This document shows, piece by piece, positions 28,115 through 37,055 of a stretch of 64,000 nucleotides of DNA. The notes below the pieces were generated by a model. The model had not been told where the DNA came from. It searched no databases and was given only the letters and a program-made list of their open reading frames with translations. The translations under genes and the position numbers were made by a program. Source of the stretch: a virus. The stretch lies in IMG/VR virus record IMGVR_UViG_3300018018_000002, positions 6,186-70,185 of that record. One strand, written 5' to 3'. Numbering within the stretch: position 1 is the first letter of the stretch; every line of letters begins with the position of its first letter.

Positions 28115-28346
28115 GGGACCATTCCTTTTCAAAGTTCGCCAGAGCTTCTTCCAACTTGCGTTCAGTCCGTTCAAGCTCGGCGGTCAGGTCAGATAGCATC
28201 CGCTTGGCTTGCTCGGGGGTCTCACAGCCAAACTCACGCTTCAGCTCTTGCATGGCTTGCTGGTAGGCCCCTTCCGCTTCAGCGGCCGAGGTTTTGGCCT
28301 CATCGACTTGGGCTTTGAGCTTCTGATATTTGTCGAGGCTAATCAT
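28080..28346 (-). CDS. small coiled-coil protein in the Rad50/Mre11 operon
   Basis: 88 aa heptad-rich helical ORF. Confidence 0.7.
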   Translation of the reverse strand: MISLDKYQKLKAQVDEAKTSAAEAEGAYQQAMQELKREFGCETPEQAKRMLSDLTAELERTERKLEEALANFEKEWSHAVAHAAETGS

Positions 28347-29244
28347 GGGCGTGGTCTAAGGCATACTTCAATATAGTCTGCGCGGCTTTGGAAACCTTGT
28401 AGGTGATCAGGTAATCAAGGACCGCTTGCCGGAAGTCGAGATTGGTATGCCCGAGCTTTTCCAATTCCTGCAGGAAGGACTCCATCTTGAAGGTCTCTTC
28501 TTCAATCAGCTTGGCCTCAGTGCGCGGGAGAAGCTTGTCCTCGCTGCAATCCAGTTGATAGGGCTCGATAGTTCCGTCTTCCATCAGCAGTCCGACCTGG
28601 GGGCAGTAGTTGATCTCGTCGATCGTCCGACGCATGAGCGTCCCAGCGTTGATGACATTGCATCCACTCTTGTAAGTGGTGAACCCTTTGTGGTTGTCCC
28701 CGAAGACCGCTGCGTCATAGCCATGCAGGGCCTTAGCGTAGGCTGAAACCCGCGTCTCCTCGGTCGCGCCAGGGAAGTTGTATCCTTGGCGCCAGACGTA
28801 GGCGTGGACGATCGCGAGGTTGATCCGGTCTGGTTCCTTCTTAATCGAGCAGGATCGTAGAGGTTGTCCCCAAGCGAAGCCCCACGCTCTAATCTTCTTC
28901 CCGATGAGTGTAGGCTTATCGGGCATGAGCAGTGACAACGTCCCTGTTTCTAGCAAGGTGAAGAACGCGCTCTTGTGCAGGTCTAGCAGGTTATGGAGAG
29001 GTAGGTCGTGCTGTCCCGGCACCGCAAAGCCGGGAGGGAGGTGTTGAATGGCCCAATTGATTAGCTCCGGTGGGCTGCGCCAATGATTGAAGATATCACC
29101 AGCGTAGAAGATCGGGACGCCAAAGCTACCAATTTCATCAAAGGGCCGTTGCATAGCTGCCCACCAGCTCGGCTCATTACTGCGCACCACGGGCGGGCGC
29201 TCTTGCAAGTGAATGTCACTACACAGCACAGCGATGGGTTTCAT
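28339..29244 (-). CDS. Mre11/SbcD-like metallophosphoesterase nuclease
   Basis: SDIH, AGDIF, PGQHD, AIVH, GDNH motifs. Confidence 0.88.
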   Translation of the reverse strand: MKPIAVLCSDIHLQERPPVVRSNEPSWWAAMQRPFDEIGSFGVPIFYAGDIFNHWRSPPELINWAIQHLPPGFAVPGQHDLPLHNLLDLHKSAFFTLLETGTLSLLMPDKPTLIGKKIRAWGFAWGQPLRSCSIKKEPDRINLAIVHAYVWRQGYNFPGATEETRVSAYAKALHGYDAAVFGDNHKGFTTYKSGCNVINAGTLMRRTIDEINYCPQVGLLMEDGTIEPYQLDCSEDKLLPRTEAKLIEEETFKMESFLQELEKLGHTNLDFRQAVLDYLITYKVSKAAQTILKYALDHAHD

Positions 29245-30256
29245 CAAGGAGTCCTCCACACAGCGGGCATCGGCCTTCAGTCTTCTGATCTAAGTCCTTA
29301 GCTAAGGTATCAGCTCGTTCCTTAGTCTCCTTCCGTCGGCGCCAAAGAGTCCGCAAGGAATCAAGCTGATTGGTCAAGTTGTCCCAACGCTCATAAACCG
29401 AGTCATAGCTTGCTCGCAGCTTTTCAATCGGGTCGAAATCCGGCCGGGATAACTTCCGGGCACGAGACAGCGTTTTCGCTCTCCCTACCAGGCTCTGCAG
29501 TTTAGACAGTAGTTGGGACGTTTCCAGGGCTTTTAGGGCTATATCGAGGGCGGAAACGCCCCGGTTCGCGACCTTTTGGGCTGTATCGCGCGCGGTCCGC
29601 AGGTTTTGGAGCTTTTCGACTAGAACCGACAGCGCCTTCCGTTTGGCCTGCGATTGGGATAGTCGTTGGGCCCGATCCTCGAGGATTTTCAATTCCTTGT
29701 TCAGTCCCACGACAAATTGGAGTGAGTCCTTCTGCTGCTTGGCCGCTTTCAGCCTTTCCTCGAGCAGCTTGCAGGCCTGGTCAGCCTCGCGCTTCTTGGC
29801 CGCAATGTCAGCCAGCACCCGGTCAATGACATCGAGATTGACAATCCGGTTCAGATGCCGCGCGACCTCCCCGGCTGACTCAGCAAACCAGAAAGGGGAA
29901 TCATGCTGGCCTTGGAAGTTGATGTCATCGACTCGGACCAATTTGATGATCTCTTCTGGTACGCTTTTCCCGAAGGCCTTGAATTCCTCCCGACCAAGTT
30001 GGTAACTGTTTTCTGTGCCTCGGGTGCGAATTATGGTCTTACCGTCGGCTTGCAGAGTCACGATGGCCTGCTTGGTCCCATCGCGGATGAACTCTGCTCC
30101 ATCAGGCACGTTTTGACACAACCAGCGCAGGGCCCGAATGACTGCACTCTTGCCAACGTCGGATGGTCCAATGATGCAGGTGATATGCGGGTCCAAATCA
30201 AGGGACAGCTTGGGATGAACCTGGAAGTTCTCGAGGACTAGCTTTTTAAGTGGCAT
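29219..30256 (-). CDS. Rad50/SbcC-like ATPase, N-terminal half
   Basis: 'LENFQVH', Walker A GPSDVGKS, Q-loop, coiled coil ending in CPLC zinc hook. Confidence 0.88.
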   Translation of the reverse strand: MPLKKLVLENFQVHPKLSLDLDPHITCIIGPSDVGKSAVIRALRWLCQNVPDGAEFIRDGTKQAIVTLQADGKTIIRTRGTENSYQLGREEFKAFGKSVPEEIIKLVRVDDINFQGQHDSPFWFAESAGEVARHLNRIVNLDVIDRVLADIAAKKREADQACKLLEERLKAAKQQKDSLQFVVGLNKELKILEDRAQRLSQSQAKRKALSVLVEKLQNLRTARDTAQKVANRGVSALDIALKALETSQLLSKLQSLVGRAKTLSRARKLSRPDFDPIEKLRASYDSVYERWDNLTNQLDSLRTLWRRRKETKERADTLAKDLDQKTEGRCPLCGGLLDETHRCAV

Positions 30257-30600
30257 CAAAAGCGTGGAACCCAGACCATTTGATAATTGGACTGACCAAG
30301 GAATTCAAATCCCAGGTTTTGGTAGAAGTGGATCAGCCTCCCGATGTTCTCGAACCTGTCGCCGGGGGGGCCGTCAGAGCGGAGGTGCAAGAAGATGGGC
30401 TTCTGCAATTCCTGGATCTTTTTGACTATGCGACTGCCCACCCCCTTGTCTCGCCAGTTTTCCTTCACCACGAGGGAGACCAGCTCAATTTTGTCTCCAT
30501 AGTCCCTCAACAGGCACTTCTGCAGGCCTCGATGTCGAGAGGGTGGGAAATCACGCAGCGTATGCGGGGCGCGCCAGTCGGGGAAGTCTTTCGTGTCCAT
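30256..30600 (-). CDS. GNAT-family acetyltransferase
   Basis: 'LVVKENWRDKGVGSRIV' acetyl-CoA motif A; 'LIHFYQNLGF' motif B. Confidence 0.78.
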   Translation of the reverse strand: MDTKDFPDWRAPHTLRDFPPSRHRGLQKCLLRDYGDKIELVSLVVKENWRDKGVGSRIVKKIQELQKPIFLHLRSDGPPGDRFENIGRLIHFYQNLGFEFLGQSNYQMVWVPRF

Positions 30601-30679
30601 TGCGCAGCTATTATCAGCAGCGTTCCAACCTGCTGCTAGTGACTTATGCGACACTTATCCTGTGCATAAGCTGTTCTAC

Positions 30680-30695
30680 TGTTAGATACCCAACA
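30680..30695. promoter_or_regulatory. palindromic operator candidate TGTTAG-N4-C(C/T)AACA
   Basis: TGTTAGATACCCAACA in the divergent intergenic region; a perfect copy lies at 54681. Confidence 0.45.
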
Positions 30696-30705
30696 GGACT
30701 AAGTG

Positions 30706-30733
30706 TTGCGGTCTTGTTGGTGCTCTGTACGCT
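30706..30733 (+). promoter_or_regulatory. sigma70-type early promoter
   Basis: TTGCGG-16nt-TACGCT; shares GGTGCTCTGT with the promoter at 54661. Confidence 0.55.
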
Positions 30734-30739
30734 ATGAGC

Positions 30740-30943
30740 ATGGCAGACAGCACCGAATCCAGAAACGCCCCTCAAGCAGTTGCACATCGCATTTGCGCGT
30801 GGTGCAAGAAGGATATGGGGGACGTGGTCGTGGCAGCGAACGATCCGGTGGCCGGGAAGATCAGTCACAGCATTTGTCCAGAGTGCCAGGCCCGAATGTT
30901 AACCGAGATCGAAACCACAAGCTCAAATCCACATCCACAATGA
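30740..30943 (+). CDS. small zinc-finger protein
   Basis: CAWC...SHSICPEC; ATG at 30740 (alternative 30734). Confidence 0.7.
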   Translation: MADSTESRNAPQAVAHRICAWCKKDMGDVVVAANDPVAGKISHSICPECQARMLTEIETTSSNPHPQ

Positions 30944-31455
30944 GCATCAAATCCGAATCCGAATCTGAGATGCAGAGGCTGATGTCCGAGCGTCTCGTCC
31001 GCGAGGAATTTGGAACCGAATTCCTCAAACTGTTCAACACCCACTGCGTTGACTTTGTTAAGCGACTGCCCGATGGGACCTACGTCCCGGTCGAGTGGCC
31101 CAGGCAGGCGACGCACAAGCTGGTGGCCACCCGATGGAACAATCCGGAGGACTTCCCCGTTAACGCGCATGGTAAGCGCGTGGTGCCGGATTACCTTGCG
31201 CTGTCGGTCTGCGCGGTCCCACTGCATCGGAAGCGCGTGCTGCGCGGGCCGGCGATCAAAATCCGGGCCCCACTTCCGAGGATCCATCCGGAGTATTATG
31301 GCCACGGTGGCGTGAACGGAAAGCGCAAGGTGGTCTTTTGGATGGTCAAGGCGATGCACGCCCGGGTCAAGAAGACCTTTGTCAAGCGCGCCACTGAAGC
31401 GCAGCTGGACCTACTGTACCGCAACCTGCGTGAAGCTGACTTTTGGTACGAATAG
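30940..31455 (+). CDS. hypothetical early protein
   Basis: ATGA coupling, biased codons. Confidence 0.65.
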   Translation: MSIKSESESEMQRLMSERLVREEFGTEFLKLFNTHCVDFVKRLPDGTYVPVEWPRQATHKLVATRWNNPEDFPVNAHGKRVVPDYLALSVCAVPLHRKRVLRGPAIKIRAPLPRIHPEYYGHGGVNGKRKVVFWMVKAMHARVKKTFVKRATEAQLDLLYRNLREADFWYE

Positions 31456-31480
31456 AAACCACAACCACACAAGGAGTCCT

Positions 31481-31720
31481 ATGGATGAAAAAATGACAAT
31501 CGCAGTTTCAGTTTCAACCCCGCAGGTCTGTCACCGATTCTTGGACTGTTACGGATCGACTAGAGGAGAGATTGAGTTCACGACCAATCCTCGCTCCGCG
31601 TTCTATGATGTGTCTGAGCTGATGGTGATGCGCTTGCAGGTGGTGCAGAAGTTCTATCCGGAGGCCAGATTGGTCTCCCGTACGAAGGCCCTTCAGCTTG
31701 GTAAACACAACGTCCGCTAA
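31481..31720 (+). CDS. hypothetical early protein
   Basis: AAGGAG SD before ATG. Confidence 0.6.
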   Translation: MDEKMTIAVSVSTPQVCHRFLDCYGSTRGEIEFTTNPRSAFYDVSELMVMRLQVVQKFYPEARLVSRTKALQLGKHNVR

Positions 31721-31740
31721 CCGCATAAGGAGATCAAATC

Positions 31741-32463
31741 ATGATTCATACCAATGCAACCAACGCAGTTACCGAGCAAGCCCTCAAGCGGGTTCCGCTC
31801 ATTCGTCCGAAATGGGCCCGCAGCTTTTGGCAGGGCATCAAACACCTCGACCTCGTGACGGCTATCCGCAGCGAGTGCGAGCAGAGGGGCTGGGCCACCA
31901 AGGAGGCGGTCTTTTCCCTCAGCAAGGATCGGGCTGATATGGCCGGAACCTTCAGGATCGAAATTCCGTCGGTCGAGATGCCGGATGATCAGCGTCTCGA
32001 GTTAGGCCTCCTCACATCCAACGCCATGCGCCGGACGCTGAAGCTGGTCGTAGGCACTCGGGTCTTCGTTTGCATGAACGGCATGGTCACCGGGGACGTG
32101 GTGCTGTGCAAGAAGCACACCACCGGGTTCGACCTACCGGAGGCGCTGCATGTGGCGATGGATGAGTACTTGGAGAAGGTCGGGCGCATTCCGATGATGG
32201 TCAAGAAGATGAAAGACCACACGCTGATCGAGGCTGAGGTTTATGAGGTCCTAGTCGAGACCGGTCGGCAGGGCGTCATGCCTTGGTCGTTGATCGGGCA
32301 AGTTGATTGGGCTTATCGAAACCCGGCGTTCACTGATTTCAAGCCGAGGACGAGTTGGAGCCTACTCAACGCCTTCACCCAGGTGGTGAAGAAGGAGCCG
32401 CCCCTGCGCCAGATGGACCAGATCAACGAGTTTCGCCAGCTGCTGCCGGTCGGCCGCAATTAA
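31741..32463 (+). CDS. DUF932-like protein
   Basis: 'GLLTSN', 'GTRVFVCMNGMV', 'KKHT', 'WSLLNAFT'. Confidence 0.75.
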   Translation: MIHTNATNAVTEQALKRVPLIRPKWARSFWQGIKHLDLVTAIRSECEQRGWATKEAVFSLSKDRADMAGTFRIEIPSVEMPDDQRLELGLLTSNAMRRTLKLVVGTRVFVCMNGMVTGDVVLCKKHTTGFDLPEALHVAMDEYLEKVGRIPMMVKKMKDHTLIEAEVYEVLVETGRQGVMPWSLIGQVDWAYRNPAFTDFKPRTSWSLLNAFTQVVKKEPPLRQMDQINEFRQLLPVGRN

Positions 32464-32482
32464 AACGGCACACAGCGCAGTC

Positions 32483-32531
32483 CAAGAAAATCCTCCCTGT
32501 GCCCTCATAAGGCCGAGGAGGATTTTTCTTG
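32483..32531 (+). terminator. hairpin/terminator
   Basis: CAAGAAAATCCTCC...GGAGGATTTTTCTTG inverted repeat. Confidence 0.55.
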
Positions 32532-32568
32532 ACCACAGCATAGGGATCTAACATTGCAAAGGCATCCT

Positions 32569-33264
32569 ATGTCCACGACCACCCTGCCACTGACTGCGAT
32601 TGAACAAGAAGCTCTCACGGACACCTACAATGATGTCCGTTTGCTCATCTATAAGGTAGTTCACTACTTCGTCGCCCGGAGTGGATTATCATTCGAGGAG
32701 GTGCTCGGTGAAGCACACCTCACGTTCGTTCGCTCCTATCGGGGTTACCAGCCTGATCGGTTCGCCAAGCGGTGCCGCTTCCCGACCTTCCTTTACTTTG
32801 CCCTCAACTGCGAGCTGTACAATTTCACGATGAAGCAGCAGAAGCACCGCAATTTGCCAGAGGTCAAGGAGGAGATGGTTGGGAAGGAGTTGCCGAGTCG
32901 CTTTGTGCTGCTCCTTGAAAGCGAGCTGAAGCAAGAGGCCCGTGGGGTGCTCCGGCTTTTTCTTAACACCCCCCAGGAATTGGAGCATCTGATGCGTTGG
33001 GATCAAGTCCGAAGCCCAAAGGCTTACCTGCGCAGCGTGCGTGAGTATTTGGCCATCCTTGGCTGGAGTAAGCGTCAAGTGCGGGAGGTAATGGAGGAGA
33101 TCAAACACGCGATTTCCCAGCTTAGTGTTACCCAAAGGCGGTTGCCCTGCACTGGGGTCGAGCGCATGTTAGCTCGAGCCGGACTATCAGAAGATGAAGT
33201 CTGGCTGCTTACCCGCATTGGTCTCTCGGCCCAGCAAGTCCGGTCCTGCTTGGCTCGGAGGTAA
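32569..33264 (+). CDS. sigma-70 region 2-containing protein (phage sigma factor-like)
   Basis: 'LIYKVVHYF....LSFEEVLGEAHLTFVRSYRGYQPDR....FPTFLYFAL' matches sigma region 2. Confidence 0.65.
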   Translation: MSTTTLPLTAIEQEALTDTYNDVRLLIYKVVHYFVARSGLSFEEVLGEAHLTFVRSYRGYQPDRFAKRCRFPTFLYFALNCELYNFTMKQQKHRNLPEVKEEMVGKELPSRFVLLLESELKQEARGVLRLFLNTPQELEHLMRWDQVRSPKAYLRSVREYLAILGWSKRQVREVMEEIKHAISQLSVTQRRLPCTGVERMLARAGLSEDEVWLLTRIGLSAQQVRSCLARR

Positions 33265-33269
33265 GACTC

Positions 33270-34646
33270 ATGCAGATTACCAAACTACGGGATTACCAGC
33301 TCATTGGTGCCCGACAGATTCGAGACTGGGGCGGTCGAATCCTATTGGCCGATGAGATGGGACTAGGCAAGACCCTGCAGGCCTTGTTCTATGTCTACAA
33401 AACCCCAGCATCGCGGCCGGTGGTTGTGGTCTGCCCAGCTAACGTGAAGCTGAATTGGGAGAGAGAAGCCGCTCACCATCTGGGCTTGCCGAGCGAAGTC
33501 TTAGAAGGGCGCAAAGTCCGACGTTTCAAACCGGCTACTCGCGCACCTTTGGTCATTATCAATTATGACATCCTTGGACCTTGGCTGCCATATCTGAAGG
33601 CGTTGGGGCCCGGGCTGATCATCCTCGATGAGATTCACTACATCAAGAACCGTGCCTCCCAAAGGTATCGGGCAGCGCGCAAGCTATGTGAGCGCGTGCC
33701 TAGAGTCATTGGGCTAAGTGGTACGCCCCTGACCAATCGACCATCAGAGCTGTGGGCCCCACTCTCCGTCATTCGTCCCGACATTTTTAGGAGCTTCTAC
33801 AAGTTCGTCTTCCGCTGGACTAAGCCTCGCCACTTTCCTTGGGGTTGGGATTTCAGCGGGGCCCGGGACCTCGATGTCCTCCACGCCCATCTTAAAGAAT
33901 TGTGCATGGTCAGGCGCCTCAAGCGGGATGTCCTGCAAGACTTACCCCCAAAGGTGCGCGAGGTGCTGATGCTGCGCTTGCCTGACCGGACTGAGTATGA
34001 TACCGCCCAGGCTGACTTCCTAGGGTGGTTGAGAACGATCTCGATCGAACGAGCAAGGCGAGCGGCTCGGGCTGAAGCTCTGACCCGCATTGGCTATCTA
34101 CTGCGCTTGTGTGCCAAGCTCAAGTTGAAGTTGGTGTATGAGTGGGTGGACAATTTCCTCGAGGGTAGTGATGGGAAGTTGGTCGTCTTTTCCATGCACC
34201 GCCGGATGGTTGAGTTGCTCCATGCTCGCTACCATCGGCAAAGTGTGGTCGTGGATGGGGGAGTAAAAGGTCGGCAGCGCCAACGGGCCGTGGACGCCTT
34301 CCAGCACAAGGACAACGTGCGTCTGTTCCTAGGCAATATCCGGGCCGCTGGAATTGGCATCACCTTGACCGCGGCCGACACCTGCGTTTTTACCGATCTG
34401 CCCTGGACGCCAGGAGACCTGGTGCAAGCGGAGGACCGGATCCATCGGATTGGGCAGAAGGAGACCGCGTTCATTTACTACCTCGTGGCCTATGATACGA
34501 TTGAGGAGAAGCTGTGCAAGCTCCTGCAGCGAAAGCAGAGCATATTAGAAGAGGTCCTCGATGGCCAAGGCCGGGGGGACAATCTCAACATCTTCAACGA
34601 ACTTCTTCGGTCAGTTTATTCAACCCAAAAGGACAAATCACCATGA
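33270..34646 (+). CDS. SNF2-family helicase (SMARCAL1/HARP-like)
   Basis: LADEMGLGKT, DEIH, SGTP, GITLT, QAEDRIHRIGQ. Confidence 0.93.
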   Translation: MQITKLRDYQLIGARQIRDWGGRILLADEMGLGKTLQALFYVYKTPASRPVVVVCPANVKLNWEREAAHHLGLPSEVLEGRKVRRFKPATRAPLVIINYDILGPWLPYLKALGPGLIILDEIHYIKNRASQRYRAARKLCERVPRVIGLSGTPLTNRPSELWAPLSVIRPDIFRSFYKFVFRWTKPRHFPWGWDFSGARDLDVLHAHLKELCMVRRLKRDVLQDLPPKVREVLMLRLPDRTEYDTAQADFLGWLRTISIERARRAARAEALTRIGYLLRLCAKLKLKLVYEWVDNFLEGSDGKLVVFSMHRRMVELLHARYHRQSVVVDGGVKGRQRQRAVDAFQHKDNVRLFLGNIRAAGIGITLTAADTCVFTDLPWTPGDLVQAEDRIHRIGQKETAFIYYLVAYDTIEEKLCKLLQRKQSILEEVLDGQGRGDNLNIFNELLRSVYSTQKDKSP

Positions 34647-34861
34647 GTGGAGCAGCCAGATCAAAAGATACGACAGGGACCTTATACCTGCGGCCAGTAC
34701 CATCGGGAGTGAAGAACTCTTTCAAAGCTGAGTGCGCCAAGCTGGGCGTCACCATGCTGGACGTGCAAATCGAATTCATGCGAGGCTGCAAAATCCATCT
34801 GCCGCCCCTGGCCGAGGCAATCAAATTGCGCCGAATTGTCGATCACAGAAGGGGAGCGTAA
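34643..34861 (+). CDS. small ribbon-helix-helix-like DNA-binding protein
   Basis: 'TLYLRPVPSGVKNSFKAECAKLGVTMLDVQIEFM' beta-alpha-alpha pattern. Confidence 0.6.
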   Translation: MSGAARSKDTTGTLYLRPVPSGVKNSFKAECAKLGVTMLDVQIEFMRGCKIHLPPLAEAIKLRRIVDHRRGA

Positions 34862-34986
34862 AAACCTTGTAAAAGGGCCCAACGCCCCTTCACACGCGCT
34901 TTGAGCCTCCTACCCGCACTCTTGCAGCACGGAAAGGGCTTTCCAGACGTGGTAGGGGCATTATCTTGGGCGAAAACGGGGGTCTA

Positions 34987-35862
34987 ATGAAGCTACGCGA
35001 CCTACTTTCGCAGGAAGGGGTTGAATTCCGGGAAGCAGGCCAAGATCATCATGCACGATCGGGTTGGCTCCAGCTGCGCTGCCCTTGGTGTCAATCACGC
35101 AGCTTTCACCTGGGCTTTAACGAGGCCCACGGCCATTGCTCTTGCTGGAAGTGTGGTGCACACCGTGGGGATGAAACCCTGGCCCGGATCCTGCGCATTT
35201 CGACCGGGCAGGCCTATCAACTGCTCCGAGGGGTAGATTTGATTCGGGCAGCCGATCGCCCCCCACGTCCAATTGGAACGTTGCAACTGCCGCCGGGTGC
35301 AGGACCTCTGCTGAAACAGCACAAGCAGTATCTGCAAGAGAGGGGCTTTGATCCCGAGCAGATTGTCAAACTGTGGCACATTCAAGGCATTGGGTTAGCG
35401 GTGGATTTGGCTTGGCGCCTGTTGATCCCTTGGGAGTATCAAGGTCGGGTCGTGAGTTGGACTACGCGGGCCATCTCAGATCAACCGGCCATGCGTTACA
35501 TCAGCGCCAGCGCCCTTTCGGAAAGTCTCAATCACAAGGAGCTGCTCTATGGGGAGGACTTGGTGCATGGGCTGAGCATTGGGGTGGTGGAAGGGCAACT
35601 TGATGTCTGGGCCGGAGGACCGGGGTGGGTAGCGACTGGCGGAACAGCTTACACTAGAGCCCAGGTACTGCGCCTTAGTCGGTACCTCAAGCGGGTGGTG
35701 TGCTTTGACAATGAACCCGCAGCCCAGCGCCGGGCTCTTGAGCTGTGCAACAGCCTCAGCGCCTTTGAGGGTGAAACGATCCGAGTGTGTCCGGATGGGA
35801 AGGACCTGGCTGCAACCTCCGAGGCTGACCGCAGACAAATAGGACAGCTGATCCACCCATGA
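34987..35862 (+). CDS. DNA primase (Zn finger + TOPRIM)
   Basis: CPWC...CWKC; 'VVEGQLD'; 'VCFDNE'. Confidence 0.85.
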   Translation: MKLRDLLSQEGVEFREAGQDHHARSGWLQLRCPWCQSRSFHLGFNEAHGHCSCWKCGAHRGDETLARILRISTGQAYQLLRGVDLIRAADRPPRPIGTLQLPPGAGPLLKQHKQYLQERGFDPEQIVKLWHIQGIGLAVDLAWRLLIPWEYQGRVVSWTTRAISDQPAMRYISASALSESLNHKELLYGEDLVHGLSIGVVEGQLDVWAGGPGWVATGGTAYTRAQVLRLSRYLKRVVCFDNEPAAQRRALELCNSLSAFEGETIRVCPDGKDLAATSEADRRQIGQLIHP

Positions 35863-37055
35863 AACTCACTGAAATTCTCAGAGACCTTGGAAGTCCGATC
35901 GTTGTGTATGGAGGCCTGGCTCGATGGCTTGGGCTTGAGGAATCCATTTTCCTCAATCACGTTCTCTATTGGATGACCGGGCCCGATAGTTGGGCATATC
36001 GCACTATCCAAGAGATTGAAGCTGTTACCTCCTTGAGCAAACGGGTACAAGAGAGGGTGAGAAAGAACCTGATTGAAGAAGGGCTGCTCTATGAGAGACG
36101 GAACTTTGAAACGCATCAAATCTTCTATCAGGTGGACGAAGAAAAGCTCAATGTTCAATGGGAATGTAGGAGGAAAGGGCCATCTGGTGAAGGAGCAGAC
36201 GAAACGCAACCTAGTAGGATGCGGACCGCAACCAACCCTCGCGTGCGTGCGCATAATGCACGCGGGCGCGATAAGACAAATGAGAATAGTAAGCACACAG
36301 TCGCCAATTCTGAATCACCCACTGAGGCGAAGCTTGAGTATCCGCCAAAGAAGAGCTTTGAGCAGATCGCGGCCAGTCGATTAGAAGCCCTGCTGCGGCT
36401 CCATCGGCAAGTGACTGGGCCGGTCAAGATCAAGAAGTGGGAGAAAGATATCCTCTGGTTGATGAAGAGTCAGCCCAAGGCAGAGATTAAAGCGGTCATC
36501 ATCTGGTTGGAGAAAAGCGGGGCAATCCGGGACCAGTACACCCCGCACTTCTTCTCGGCCAGCAGCTTTGCCTCCAAGTTTCCGGCTTTGCTGGCCTGCA
36601 AGGCGCGTTGGGAAAAGGACAATCCGACCCTGGTGCCGGTGGAGGAGCTTAATGAAGATGAACAATGGCTGTACGAGCACCTCACCAATCTGAGCTGGCC
36701 CAAAGGGAGTGATCAGTTGCTGGCGACTTGCCTCCATCGGAGCTACGTCCGGTTGCTGCCCTGGTATCACAAGTGGATCGCGTTTCAGCGAACGCTGCGC
36801 GGGGATGATCTGGCTTTAGCTGAGACGGTGACGAGCTACTACTACACCGGTGGGGTGAGAGCGATTCTGCACCTTTGGTTTATGAACGTCCACCGGTCAG
36901 TCCGGGATTGGGAGAATTGGAATGGTGATCTGAGTAGGTTTGTCTGGGATCCGAAGCATCCGCTGAACATAAAACAAATGGAACAAGTCTCGATGGAATG
37001 GTGCGCACGCTCGGACGCGTTCGCCAAGCTCTACGCTAGGTTCGATGAAAGTTGA
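35859..37055 (+). CDS. replication initiator-like protein (N-terminal winged helix)
   Basis: 'SIFLNHVLYW...WAYRTIQEIEAVTSLS...RKNL...GLL' typical of phage initiators; lies between primase and helicase. Confidence 0.7.
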   Translation: MKLTEILRDLGSPIVVYGGLARWLGLEESIFLNHVLYWMTGPDSWAYRTIQEIEAVTSLSKRVQERVRKNLIEEGLLYERRNFETHQIFYQVDEEKLNVQWECRRKGPSGEGADETQPSRMRTATNPRVRAHNARGRDKTNENSKHTVANSESPTEAKLEYPPKKSFEQIAASRLEALLRLHRQVTGPVKIKKWEKDILWLMKSQPKAEIKAVIIWLEKSGAIRDQYTPHFFSASSFASKFPALLACKARWEKDNPTLVPVEELNEDEQWLYEHLTNLSWPKGSDQLLATCLHRSYVRLLPWYHKWIAFQRTLRGDDLALAETVTSYYYTGGVRAILHLWFMNVHRSVRDWENWNGDLSRFVWDPKHPLNIKQMEQVSMEWCARSDAFAKLYARFDES

